Positions 16,835-24,047 of a stretch of DNA of 24,047 bases are shown here, piece after piece; position 1 is the stretch's first letter; every line of letters begins with the position of its first letter. The notes below the pieces were generated by a model. It was not told the origin of the DNA, did no database searches, and worked only from the letters and a program-made list of their open reading frames with translations. Both the position numbers and the translations under genes were made by a program. Source of the DNA: an uncultured delta proteobacterium (GTDB lineage: Bacteria; Myxococcota_A; Polyangia; Polyangiales; Polyangiaceae); contig CAWAIF010000001.1 of NCBI GenBank assembly GCA_963782055.1, positions 1-24,047 of the forward strand. The letters are read 5' to 3'.

Positions 16835-19588
16835 TCACTTCACCAGCACCTCGAAGCTCGCCCCCTCGCCGTTCGTCGCCGGCACGTCGAGCACCACCGC
16901 GCTCGCCCCGGGCGCGACGTCCACGTTCGCCCCGTTCAGCGTCGCCGCGACGACCGTCCCGCCCGCCGGCGCGCGCACCTCCACCGTGCGCGGCACCTCG
17001 CGCGTCGGGCGGTACGTGCCCTGGATGGACGCGCCGTTCACCCGCAGGTCGAGCAGCTCCGTCTGCAGCGCGAAGTCGCGGCCGGGGACGTGCGGCTGGA
17101 TCACCAGGCCCGTCGCCGAGGCGTCGACGCCCGCGACGCGCAGGGTGGCCAGCAGCGGCATGGCGTCCTGGTTGCCGTTCATCACCGGGAAGTCGGTCAT
17201 CGGCGTGGCGGCGCTGTACCAGGCCTGGCCGGGGCGATCGCCGGCGGCCGACTCCAGGCCGTCCGGGCCGCTCCAGATGCCGTACCAGACGTCGGGGAAG
17301 GCGAGCGCGTGCGCCGTCATCGTGTTGCGCGCCAGGTGCGCGTAGGCGCGCCCCTCGTCGGAGAGCGCGTAGCCCCAGGTGAGCAGGCCGCTGATCGCCG
17401 GCCAGACCTGCCCGCCGGGGCTGAGCATCGCCCCGGTGGGCGACGGATCGTCCAGATCCTTCGCCACGCGGGCGACGAGCACGTCGCGGTCGGCCGGGTC
17501 GGGGAAGCTGCCGCCGATGAGCGCCCACACCTGCGACTCGAGCTCCGGCGCGTCGGCGTGCGCCAGCTTCCCGTCACCGAAGTAGGCGCGCCCGAAGAAG
17601 GAGCCGGTCCACGTCTGCGCCAGCGCTTGCTTGTAAGATGCAACCTTCTGCCGGATCTCCTGCGCCAGCGCGGCGTCGCGCGGCTCGATCAGGTCTGCCA
17701 CGCGTGGCAGGACGGCCACCGCCATCTGCGTGTTGGGGACGCTCTCCCCCTTGTCGATCGCCAGGCTCCTGTCCGGCGCCTCGAAGACGATGCCGTCGTT
17801 CCAGTCGCCGTCGCCGATGCGCACCAGGCCGTGCTCGCCGGTGCCCACCACGTCGAAGAGGTGGCGCACCGCGTCTCGCACGTGGTCGTAGACGATCGCC
17901 CCCTGCACCGCGTCCTTCGGGTAGTAGGGCGCGACCTCCTCCAGGAACGGCAGGTCGCCCGTCGCGCCGACGTACTCGCTCACCGCGAAGAGGAAGTAGA
18001 TGTCCAGATCGCTCGGGTGCGCGTGGAGGCCGAGCGCGTCGTCCAGCACGCCGTGGCCCTGGAAGGCGTAGGAGAAGCGCTTGTCCGACGCGTACTGCAT
18101 GCCCGTCATCAGGGCGATCTCGTCGCGCGCGAGGGCGGGGTCGGTGTAGACGAGGGGCACCGCGAAGAGGGCGAGATCGCGCAGCGCGCCGTCCGCGCCG
18201 TGCAGGTAAAGGTACGCCGACCCCTGCGGCACCACGTGGTGCCCCCAGTAGTCGCGGTAGCCGACGGAGGCCTCGAGCTGCGAGGCGTGCCACGCCATCT
18301 CCCGCTGCAGCGCGCCGGAGCCGCGCTCGCGCGGGCCGTCCTCGGCGTTGGCGAAGTACAGCAGGTGGGTGGCGAGCTCCTCGCGCAGGGTCTTGCGCAT
18401 GTCGCAGTCCGGGTCGTGCCACTCGTGCTGGATGGGCAGCGAGTCGCCGTGGGCCACGTAGCCGTAGGCGTAGCGGAGCGACTGCGAGGCGTGCGGCGGC
18501 AAGGCGAGGTCGGCGCGCAGGACCAGCGCCCTGCCCTGCCCCGCGCCGGGGGTGGGGGCCGCGATGGTGTCGGTGTCCTGCCCGGGCGCGCCGGCGCGCA
18601 CGGCGTCGGGCGAGGCCACCCCGCCCGCGCCGAAGAAGGACCGCTGGTCGGTGTAGAAGGCGTCGGTCGGGCCGATGAGCGTCGCGAGGAACGGCTCGCC
18701 CGGGTAGTCGTCGGTCGCGCTCGCGGCCTCCGGCGGGGGCGCGGTCACGCCGGCGTGCAGGGTGCGGTGGATCTGGAGCACGCCCTGCGACGGATCCCAC
18801 GACGCCGACTCGTCGAACATGGCGTCCTCGGCGTCACGGGAGGCGTCCACCGCCCCCGGCACCGAGCTCAGCGGGTTGCCCGACACGATCCAGTTGGTGG
18901 TGAGCGGCCGCCGCCCGACGTCCCAGTACTCGTAGTGCTTGACGTGCGCGAGCACGCTCCCGAGGTTCGCCACCGTCACCTCGTCGACGAGCGAGGTCAC
19001 GTCGCCCGCCGGCGCGTAGATGACGTGCGTGACGCGGATGTCGTCGTAGGTGCTGCTCGTCTCGTAGTAGCCCATGCCGTAGCGGCGGGTGACCACCGCG
19101 CCGGGCGGGCGCCACTCGTAGGCGGTGTTCCAGGTGGTGCGGCCGTCGTCGACGTAGGAGAAACCGCCGGCGAAGTTCTGCTGCGCGGCGTCGAACTTGT
19201 TCAGGTACTCCGGCCCGCGGTCCTGGTCCGTCAGCTCCACGTAGCCGTCGTTGTAGGCGAGCGCGGTGACGCGATCGTTGCCGAAGGAGAACCAGTGATC
19301 GCGGCGGTCCTCGCCGCGGGTGTTGTAGAAGGAGGCGCGCGCGTCGGCGTTCTCGTCCAGGCCGTAGTCGTAGGCCGGGTAGCCGAAGGCATCGACCGTC
19401 CAGCGGCCGAAGATGCCGCTGCCGGTGGAGCACCCGGCGAAGGTGCGCGGCGCGTCTGCGCTCGCGGGCGCGCACGTCTCCGGCGGCGGATCGTAGGGAG
19501 GATCGCGCGCGAGGATCTCGGTGCCGCCCTCCGAGCACGCCACCGCGATCACGCCGAGGCCGACCAGAGCGGCGAGCGCGCGCGTCAT
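16835..19588 (-). CDS. GH94-like (alpha/alpha)6 glycoside phosphorylase/hydrolase family protein with lipoprotein signal
   Basis: Motifs ALRDLA, HPSDLDIY, EYVGATGDLPFLEE, GEHGLVRIGDGDWNDG, GES, WTGSFFGRAY, ESQVWALI; lipobox IAVAC after the ATG at 19588. Confidence 0.75.
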   Translation of the reverse strand: MTRALAALVGLGVIAVACSEGGTEILARDPPYDPPPETCAPASADAPRTFAGCSTGSGIFGRWTVDAFGYPAYDYGLDENADARASFYNTRGEDRRDHWFSFGNDRVTALAYNDGYVELTDQDRGPEYLNKFDAAQQNFAGGFSYVDDGRTTWNTAYEWRPPGAVVTRRYGMGYYETSSTYDDIRVTHVIYAPAGDVTSLVDEVTVANLGSVLAHVKHYEYWDVGRRPLTTNWIVSGNPLSSVPGAVDASRDAEDAMFDESASWDPSQGVLQIHRTLHAGVTAPPPEAASATDDYPGEPFLATLIGPTDAFYTDQRSFFGAGGVASPDAVRAGAPGQDTDTIAAPTPGAGQGRALVLRADLALPPHASQSLRYAYGYVAHGDSLPIQHEWHDPDCDMRKTLREELATHLLYFANAEDGPRERGSGALQREMAWHASQLEASVGYRDYWGHHVVPQGSAYLYLHGADGALRDLALFAVPLVYTDPALARDEIALMTGMQYASDKRFSYAFQGHGVLDDALGLHAHPSDLDIYFLFAVSEYVGATGDLPFLEEVAPYYPKDAVQGAIVYDHVRDAVRHLFDVVGTGEHGLVRIGDGDWNDGIVFEAPDRSLAIDKGESVPNTQMAVAVLPRVADLIEPRDAALAQEIRQKVASYKQALAQTWTGSFFGRAYFGDGKLAHADAPELESQVWALIGGSFPDPADRDVLVARVAKDLDDPSPTGAMLSPGGQVWPAISGLLTWGYALSDEGRAYAHLARNTMTAHALAFPDVWYGIWSGPDGLESAAGDRPGQAWYSAATPMTDFPVMNGNQDAMPLLATLRVAGVDASATGLVIQPHVPGRDFALQTELLDLRVNGASIQGTYRPTREVPRTVEVRAPAGGTVVAATLNGANVDVAPGASAVVLDVPATNGEGASFEVLVK

Positions 19589-19594
19589 GACGCA

Positions 19595-19623
19595 AGCGTT
19601 GCCGCCGGAGAGCGGGCCGTCAA
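19595..19623 (-). promoter_or_regulatory. Candidate sigma70 promoter of the GH94-like gene (leaderless geometry)
   Basis: Minus strand TTGACG-17 nt-AACGCT-6 nt-ATG. Confidence 0.45.
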
Positions 19624-19670
19624 GCACCCGCGGCGTTGCGTGGCTCGCGCTGTCGTGCTCCGATGCGACG

Positions 19671-20483
19671 GTGACCAGCGAAGGGATGACATGCGCCCTC
19701 GCGATCGGTGGGCTGGACCCCGGAGGCGGGGCAGGGTTGCTCGCCGATCTGCGCGCCTTTCACGCCGCGGGCGTCTTCGGCTGCGCGGTCGTCACCATCG
19801 TCACCGCGCAGTCCACGTCCGGCCTCGCCGCGGTCGAGCCGGTCCCCGCCAGGCAGGTGCTCGCCCAGGCGCGCGCGGTGCTGAAGAACCAGCGCGTCGG
19901 CGCCATCAAGGTGGGCGCGCTGGGCAGCGCGGCCAACGTCGGCGCGGTGATCGAGCTGCTCTCCGCGCACCGCGATCTGCCGGCGGTGGTCGATCCCGTC
20001 ATGCAGCCGACACGCGGGCGCGCGCGCCTCCTCGCCGAGCGCGCCCTCCGGGCGATGCGCACCGGGCTGGTGCCGCGCGCGACCATCGTCACCGCCAACG
20101 TGCCGGAGGCGGCGGCGCTCACCGGACGGCGCGTGACCACGCTGGCCGACGCGCGCGACGCCGCGCGCGCCATCGTGGCCATGGGCGCGCGCTCCGCGCT
20201 GGTGAAGGGCGGGCACCTGGTGGGTCCGGACTCGGTGGACGTCCTCGCCACGGCGGACGGTGTGCAGGACATCGGCGCCAGGCGGCTGCGCCTGCGCACG
20301 GCCGTCCACGGCGGCGGCTGCACCCTGGCGTCGCTGGTCGCCGGCCGCCTGGCGAGCCAGGGCGGCGACCTCTCCGACGACGACACCATCCTGGACGCGG
20401 TGCGCTGGGCGAAGAAGGCCCACCGCGCCCTCCTCTCCCGCGCGATCGACGTGGGCGGCGAGATGCGGGTGCTGGTCCCTTGA
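19671..20483 (+). CDS. thiD: Hydroxymethylpyrimidine/phosphomethylpyrimidine kinase
   Basis: ALAIGGLDPGGGAGLLADL, VTAQ, IKVGAL, VVDPVM, TANVPEA, LVKGGH, HGGGCTLAS; start GTG 19671 or ATG 19686. Confidence 0.9.
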   Translation: MTSEGMTCALAIGGLDPGGGAGLLADLRAFHAAGVFGCAVVTIVTAQSTSGLAAVEPVPARQVLAQARAVLKNQRVGAIKVGALGSAANVGAVIELLSAHRDLPAVVDPVMQPTRGRARLLAERALRAMRTGLVPRATIVTANVPEAAALTGRRVTTLADARDAARAIVAMGARSALVKGGHLVGPDSVDVLATADGVQDIGARRLRLRTAVHGGGCTLASLVAGRLASQGGDLSDDDTILDAVRWAKKAHRALLSRAIDVGGEMRVLVP

Positions 20484-20508
20484 GGGGCCGCGCGGCCGGG
20501 GGTTCTTG

Positions 20509-21696
20509 ATGCTTGGTCGATCCCTCCTCTTCGCTTGCGCGCTCCTCCTCGCGAGCTGCTCCACCACCTCCCCCGCGGGCCCCTCCGACGCCGGCGACGA
20601 CGACGCCCCCTACGATCCGCACCCCGTCACGCCCGCCTGGCTGACCGACGCCCACGTGCTCGTCTCCGGCCACGGCAAGGAGGACGAGTGGGACTGCCGC
20701 ACGCACATCTGCCGGCACAACGAGAACACCGACATGATCACGTGGAACGGGGCCATCTACCTCGTCCACCGCACCGCGCGCAGCCAGACCCTCGGCCCCA
20801 ACAGCAGCCTGCACGTCTACCGCTCCACCGACGCGGCGAAGACCTTCACCGATCTCGCCACCATCCAGGCGCCCACCGACCGCGATCTGCGCGATCCGCA
20901 CTTTTACGTCGTCGGCAACGAGCTGCACATCAAGGCGCTCACGCGCCTGGGCGTCATCGGCGACCGCGACTCCAACGTGGACACCATCGCGGTGGGCACG
21001 CACTCCGCCGACGGCCAGACGTGGAGCGCGCTGCAGAACATCGGCCCGGAGACGTGGAGCTACTGGCGCATCCAGAAGGAGGGCGACACCTACTACAGCG
21101 CCGCCTACGAGGACGGCGATCTCTCCGTCTACCTCTTCTCCTCGAAGGACGGGGTGACCTGGACGAAGGGCGCGCCCATCTACACCGTGAGCGCGGACAC
21201 GCCGCTGGAGACCGAGCTCACCTTCATGCCCTCCGGCCGCCTGCTCGCCCTCGTGCGCATGGACGGCACCGACGCCGAGCTGCTCGGCGTGAGCGGGCGG
21301 CTGCGCACCAAGATCTGCTGGTCGATGCCGCCGTACGACACCTTCACGTGCCCGGACGAGTTCGACGGCCAGCGCCTCGACGGCCCGCTCGCCTTCTTCT
21401 GGAACCAGCGCCTCTTCGTGGTGGCGCGCAAGCACCTCCAGGACGGCACCGGCCGCAAGCGCACCGCCCTCTTCGAGATCACCGGCACGCTGGAGGGCGG
21501 CCCGCTCTCCATCAAGGAGTGGGGCGAGCTCCCCAGCGCGGGCGACACCGCCTACGCCGGCATGACCATGCTCGACGCGGATCACGCGGTGGTCAGCTGG
21601 TACTCCGGCGATCTGGACAAGGACGGCCCCTGGGTGACCGAGATGTTCGACCTCACCGACATCTGGCTGGGGACGATCGACTTCACCAAGCTGTGA
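20509..21696 (+). CDS. Lipoprotein with Asp-box (BNR)/sialidase-like beta-propeller
   Basis: Lipobox LLASC; Asp-box-like YRSTDAAKTF, HSADGQTWS, SSKDGVTWT; DLRDP; GDTAYAG; VVSWYS. Confidence 0.72.
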   Translation: MLGRSLLFACALLLASCSTTSPAGPSDAGDDDAPYDPHPVTPAWLTDAHVLVSGHGKEDEWDCRTHICRHNENTDMITWNGAIYLVHRTARSQTLGPNSSLHVYRSTDAAKTFTDLATIQAPTDRDLRDPHFYVVGNELHIKALTRLGVIGDRDSNVDTIAVGTHSADGQTWSALQNIGPETWSYWRIQKEGDTYYSAAYEDGDLSVYLFSSKDGVTWTKGAPIYTVSADTPLETELTFMPSGRLLALVRMDGTDAELLGVSGRLRTKICWSMPPYDTFTCPDEFDGQRLDGPLAFFWNQRLFVVARKHLQDGTGRKRTALFEITGTLEGGPLSIKEWGELPSAGDTAYAGMTMLDADHAVVSWYSGDLDKDGPWVTEMFDLTDIWLGTIDFTKL

Positions 21697-21903
21697 CCTC
21701 ACCCCCCCGCCCCCTCTCCACAAGAGTGGAGAGGGGGAGATGGGCAGAGATGCCGCGTCTGGCTCGCCCTCCTCTGGCTCCCCCTCCTCTCTGGCTCCCC
21801 CTCCTCTTGCTCCCCCTCTCCACGAAGTGGAGAGGGGGCGGGGGGGGTGAGGCTGGAGAGGGGGCGGGGGGGGTGAGGCTGGAGAGGGGGCGGGGGGGTG
21901 AGG
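21697..21903. repeat. REP-like inverted doublet with tandem amplifications between convergent genes
   Basis: Unit CCTCACCCCCCCGCCCCCTCTCCAC-loop-GTGGAGAGGGGGAG at 21697-21739; inverted copy at 21810-21852; two extra CTGGAGAGGGGGCG(G)nTGAGG copies at 21853-21903; internal CTGGCTC(C/G)CCCTCCT x3 at 21759-21805. Confidence 0.85.
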
Positions 21904-22320
21904 CTATCGCTTGCGGAAGCCGAGGAACGCCAGGATGAGGCCGGGGAGGCCGAAGAAGGCGGAGATGGAGCCGAAGAGGACCATGCGGTGCATGGCCGCC
22001 CTCTTGACGATGTCCACCACCCACTCCGAGCCCTCGATGTCGGAGAAGTGATCCGACACCGTCGAGTACTGGTAGGCGTTGTACGCGAAGAGGAGGAAGG
22101 CGAGCGCGCCGATGGCGATCAGGATCAGGCCGCCGACCAGCATGCCGACGTTCCGCTTCGGGCCTGCCGGGCGCATGCCCTGCTGCGGGTAGCCCTGCTG
22201 CATCGGGTAGCCCTGCTGCGGGTAGCCCTGCTGCGGGTAGCCCTGCTGCTGCTGCGACTGAGGTTGCTGCGGGTACTGCGGCTGTCCCCCGTAGGGGCCG
22301 GGCGGTTGCATGGGTTGCAT
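21904..22320 (-). CDS. Hypothetical membrane protein with Q/P/G/Y-rich N-terminus and two TM helices
   Basis: GYPQQ repeats, then hydrophobic MLVGGLILIAIGALAFLLFAY and VLFGSISAFFGLPGLILAFLGF followed by RKR; GGGAGAGG upstream. Confidence 0.8.
   Translation of the reverse strand: MQPMQPPGPYGGQPQYPQQPQSQQQQGYPQQGYPQQGYPMQQGYPQQGMRPAGPKRNVGMLVGGLILIAIGALAFLLFAYNAYQYSTVSDHFSDIEGSEWVVDIVKRAAMHRMVLFGSISAFFGLPGLILAFLGFRKR
22178..22254. repeat. 15-nt coding tandem repeat (GYPQQ)
   Basis: CCCTGCTGCGGGTAG x3, one 18-nt variant and one partial copy. Confidence 0.85.
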
Positions 22321-22354
22321 GGTGGGCCCTCTCCCGCCGCCCGTCTACTGCGGC

Positions 22355-22960
22355 CTACACGAAGTCTTCGATCGGGCCGGCGCCCTCTCGCACCACGGTG
22401 GGCGGGTTGGTGGTGATGTCGACGACCGTGGTCGGCACCACGCCGCCGCCGCCCGCGTCGATCACCAGGCCCAGGCCGTGGAAGACGACGTCGATCTCGT
22501 GCGGATCGACCTCCGGGTTGCCCCCTGGGCGCTGCGCGGTGGTCGAGATGAGGGGCCGGCCGAGCTCGCGGGCGAGCGCGCGGGCCACCTCGTTGTCCGG
22601 GATGCGGATCCCCACCGTCTTGCGGCGCGACTGGATGAGCTTGGGCACCTCGCGGGTGGCCTGCAGGATGAAGCAGTAGGGCCCGGGCAGGTGACGCTTG
22701 AGGATGCGGTAGTGGTAGTTCTCCACGATCGCGTAGCGCGCGATGTCGCTCAGGTCGGGGCACACGAAGGCGAGCTGGTGGGAGCGCTCCATGCCCTTGA
22801 TGGCGTAGAGGCGGTCGACCGCCTTCTTGTTCGTCAGATCGCAGCCCAGCCCGTAGACGGTGTCGGTCGGGTAGGCGATGACCTCGCCCGACTCCAGGGC
22901 GTCCACGACCCGGCGGATCTTGCGCGGCTCCGGGTGGTCGGGGTTGACGGAGAGAAGCAT
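22355..22960 (-). CDS. yciO: Sua5/YciO/YrdC family protein, YciO-type
   Basis: GEVIAYPTDTVYGLGC, LPGPYCFIL, KTVGIRIPD, PTTVVD, VVREGAG; N-terminal VNPDHPEPRKI typical of the YciO subgroup. Confidence 0.85.
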   Translation of the reverse strand: MLLSVNPDHPEPRKIRRVVDALESGEVIAYPTDTVYGLGCDLTNKKAVDRLYAIKGMERSHQLAFVCPDLSDIARYAIVENYHYRILKRHLPGPYCFILQATREVPKLIQSRRKTVGIRIPDNEVARALARELGRPLISTTAQRPGGNPEVDPHEIDVVFHGLGLVIDAGGGGVVPTTVVDITTNPPTVVREGAGPIEDFV

Positions 22961-23044
22961 CGCGGGACCGGGGGCGCGTGACCTAGCGCCGCGGGCCGCC
23001 GATTGCCATCAGTTTGTAGCGGCCGCGCGCCCGTCGCCCGGGCT

Positions 23045-23053
23045 TGCTAGAGT
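23045..23053 (+). promoter_or_regulatory. Extended -10 promoter of pilD (leaderless geometry)
   Basis: TGcTAGAGT-6 nt-GTG; no RBS. Confidence 0.5.
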
Positions 23054-23059
23054 GCCGCC

Positions 23060-24010
23060 GTGCACCTCTCCGAGCTGCCGCTGGGCACGTTGCGCGTCTT
23101 CGCCGCGTTCTTCGGGCTGATCTGGGGCAGCTTCCTCAACGTCGTCATCTACCGCGTCCCGCAGGGGATGAGCGTGGTGCGGCCGGGATCGCACTGCCCG
23201 GCGTGCGGCAAGCCGATCCGCGGGTACGACAACATCCCGGTGCTCTCCTTCCTCATCCTGCGCGGCAAGGCGAGGTGCTGCGGGGCGAAGATGAGCTGGC
23301 GCTACCCGGTGGTGGAGCTGCTGGGGGGCGCGGCGTCGCTCGGGGTGCTGGAGGCGGTGGTGCTGCACCTGCCGCCGGAGACCTCGCTGCTCCGCGCGTC
23401 CTGCGTCTACCTGTCCGACTTCGCCATCGTGATGGCGCTCATCGCCGCGGCGTTCATCGACTTCGAGCACATGTTCCTGCCCGACTCGATCACGTTGCCC
23501 GGCACGGTGCTCGGCATCTTCACCGCGTCGCTGCGCGGGATGAGCATCGTCGGGGCGCTGGTGGGGGCGGCCTTCGGCTTCCTGGTCGTGGCGATCCCCT
23601 TCGTGTGGCTCTACCGCGCCTTCCGCGGGCGGCAGGGGATGGGGCTGGGGGACGCCAAGCTGCTCATGCTCGCGGGCGCGTGGATCGGGCTGTCGGGCGT
23701 GCTGTTCACCCTGTTCGGGGGGGCGGTGCAGGGCTCGGTGGGGGCGCTGGCGATCTACCTGATCCGGGGGAAGCTGGAGGAGCCGGAGTCGGTGAAGAAG
23801 GATCTGGAGGAGCTGCGGAAGGCGGCGGCGGAGGGGGACGAGGAGGCGAAGGAGGCGCTGGAGGATGATCCGCTGGCGCAGCCTCAGGGGGAGGGGGTTG
23901 GGCAGGCCCGGCTGGCGTTTGGGCCTTTCCTGATACTGGCGTTTGTGGAGTTTTTGCTGTTTGCGCCGGTGATCAGGGAGGTGGCGGCGGAGTATTTCAT
24001 TTTCTTTTAG
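23060..24010 (+). CDS. pilD: Type IV prepilin peptidase / N-methyltransferase (A24A)
   Basis: GSFLNVVIYRVP, SHCPAC, DNIPVLSF, LRGKARCC, RYPVVE, FIDFEHMFLPD, GMGLGDAKL, LAFGPFL. Confidence 0.95.
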   Translation: MHLSELPLGTLRVFAAFFGLIWGSFLNVVIYRVPQGMSVVRPGSHCPACGKPIRGYDNIPVLSFLILRGKARCCGAKMSWRYPVVELLGGAASLGVLEAVVLHLPPETSLLRASCVYLSDFAIVMALIAAAFIDFEHMFLPDSITLPGTVLGIFTASLRGMSIVGALVGAAFGFLVVAIPFVWLYRAFRGRQGMGLGDAKLLMLAGAWIGLSGVLFTLFGGAVQGSVGALAIYLIRGKLEEPESVKKDLEELRKAAAEGDEEAKEALEDDPLAQPQGEGVGQARLAFGPFLILAFVEFLLFAPVIREVAAEYFIFF

Positions 24011-24047
24011 GGGGGCCCCGCCCCGCTCATGCTCGGGCCCTTCGGGC

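Noticed and set aside
19628..19685. TPP riboswitch upstream of thiD
   Set aside because: The intergenic region is under 100 bp and has no CTGAGA or other THI-box motif.
20486..20497. Perfect 12-bp palindrome GGCCGCGCGGCC after thiD
   Set aside because: All-GC palindromes are common by chance at this composition; there is no loop or U-tract.
732..20509. Long antisense ORFs (732-2549, 2549-4339, 9578-12397, 12511-14514, 17090-20509 and others)
   Set aside because: Expected in high-GC DNA opposite real genes; they have no recognisable motifs and biased R/G/V/A composition.

Overview
Very high-GC bacterial DNA. Gene content points to Myxococcota, most likely Polyangiales (Sorangium/Labilithrix-like); this is an inference. 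From left to right: ftsX (5' part) and ftsE; a Gfo/Idh/MocA oxidoreductase coupled to a lipoprotein S9 (DPP-IV-like) peptidase; an isolated MarR-type regulator with a 38-bp palindrome and a repeat-rich spacer upstream. The centre is a ~10-kb minus-strand cluster resembling the Glt/Nfs trans-envelope machinery: one GltA/B-like OM beta-barrel, an uncharacterised secreted protein, then GltC-, GltD-, GltE-, GltF- and an FHA-less GltG-like protein. No AglRQS motor or GltH/I/J/K genes are in the window. To the right: an SDR, a lipoprotein GH94-like enzyme lacking an obvious phosphate-binding motif, thiD, an Asp-box beta-propeller lipoprotein, a REP-like inverted doublet with tandem amplifications, a GYPQQ-repeat membrane protein, a YciO-type protein and pilD. 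The best candidate for an undescribed system is the variant Glt/Nfs-like cluster and its neighbouring exported glycan-active lipoproteins. Several genes also look leaderless. No rRNA, tRNA, CRISPR array or transposase was seen.
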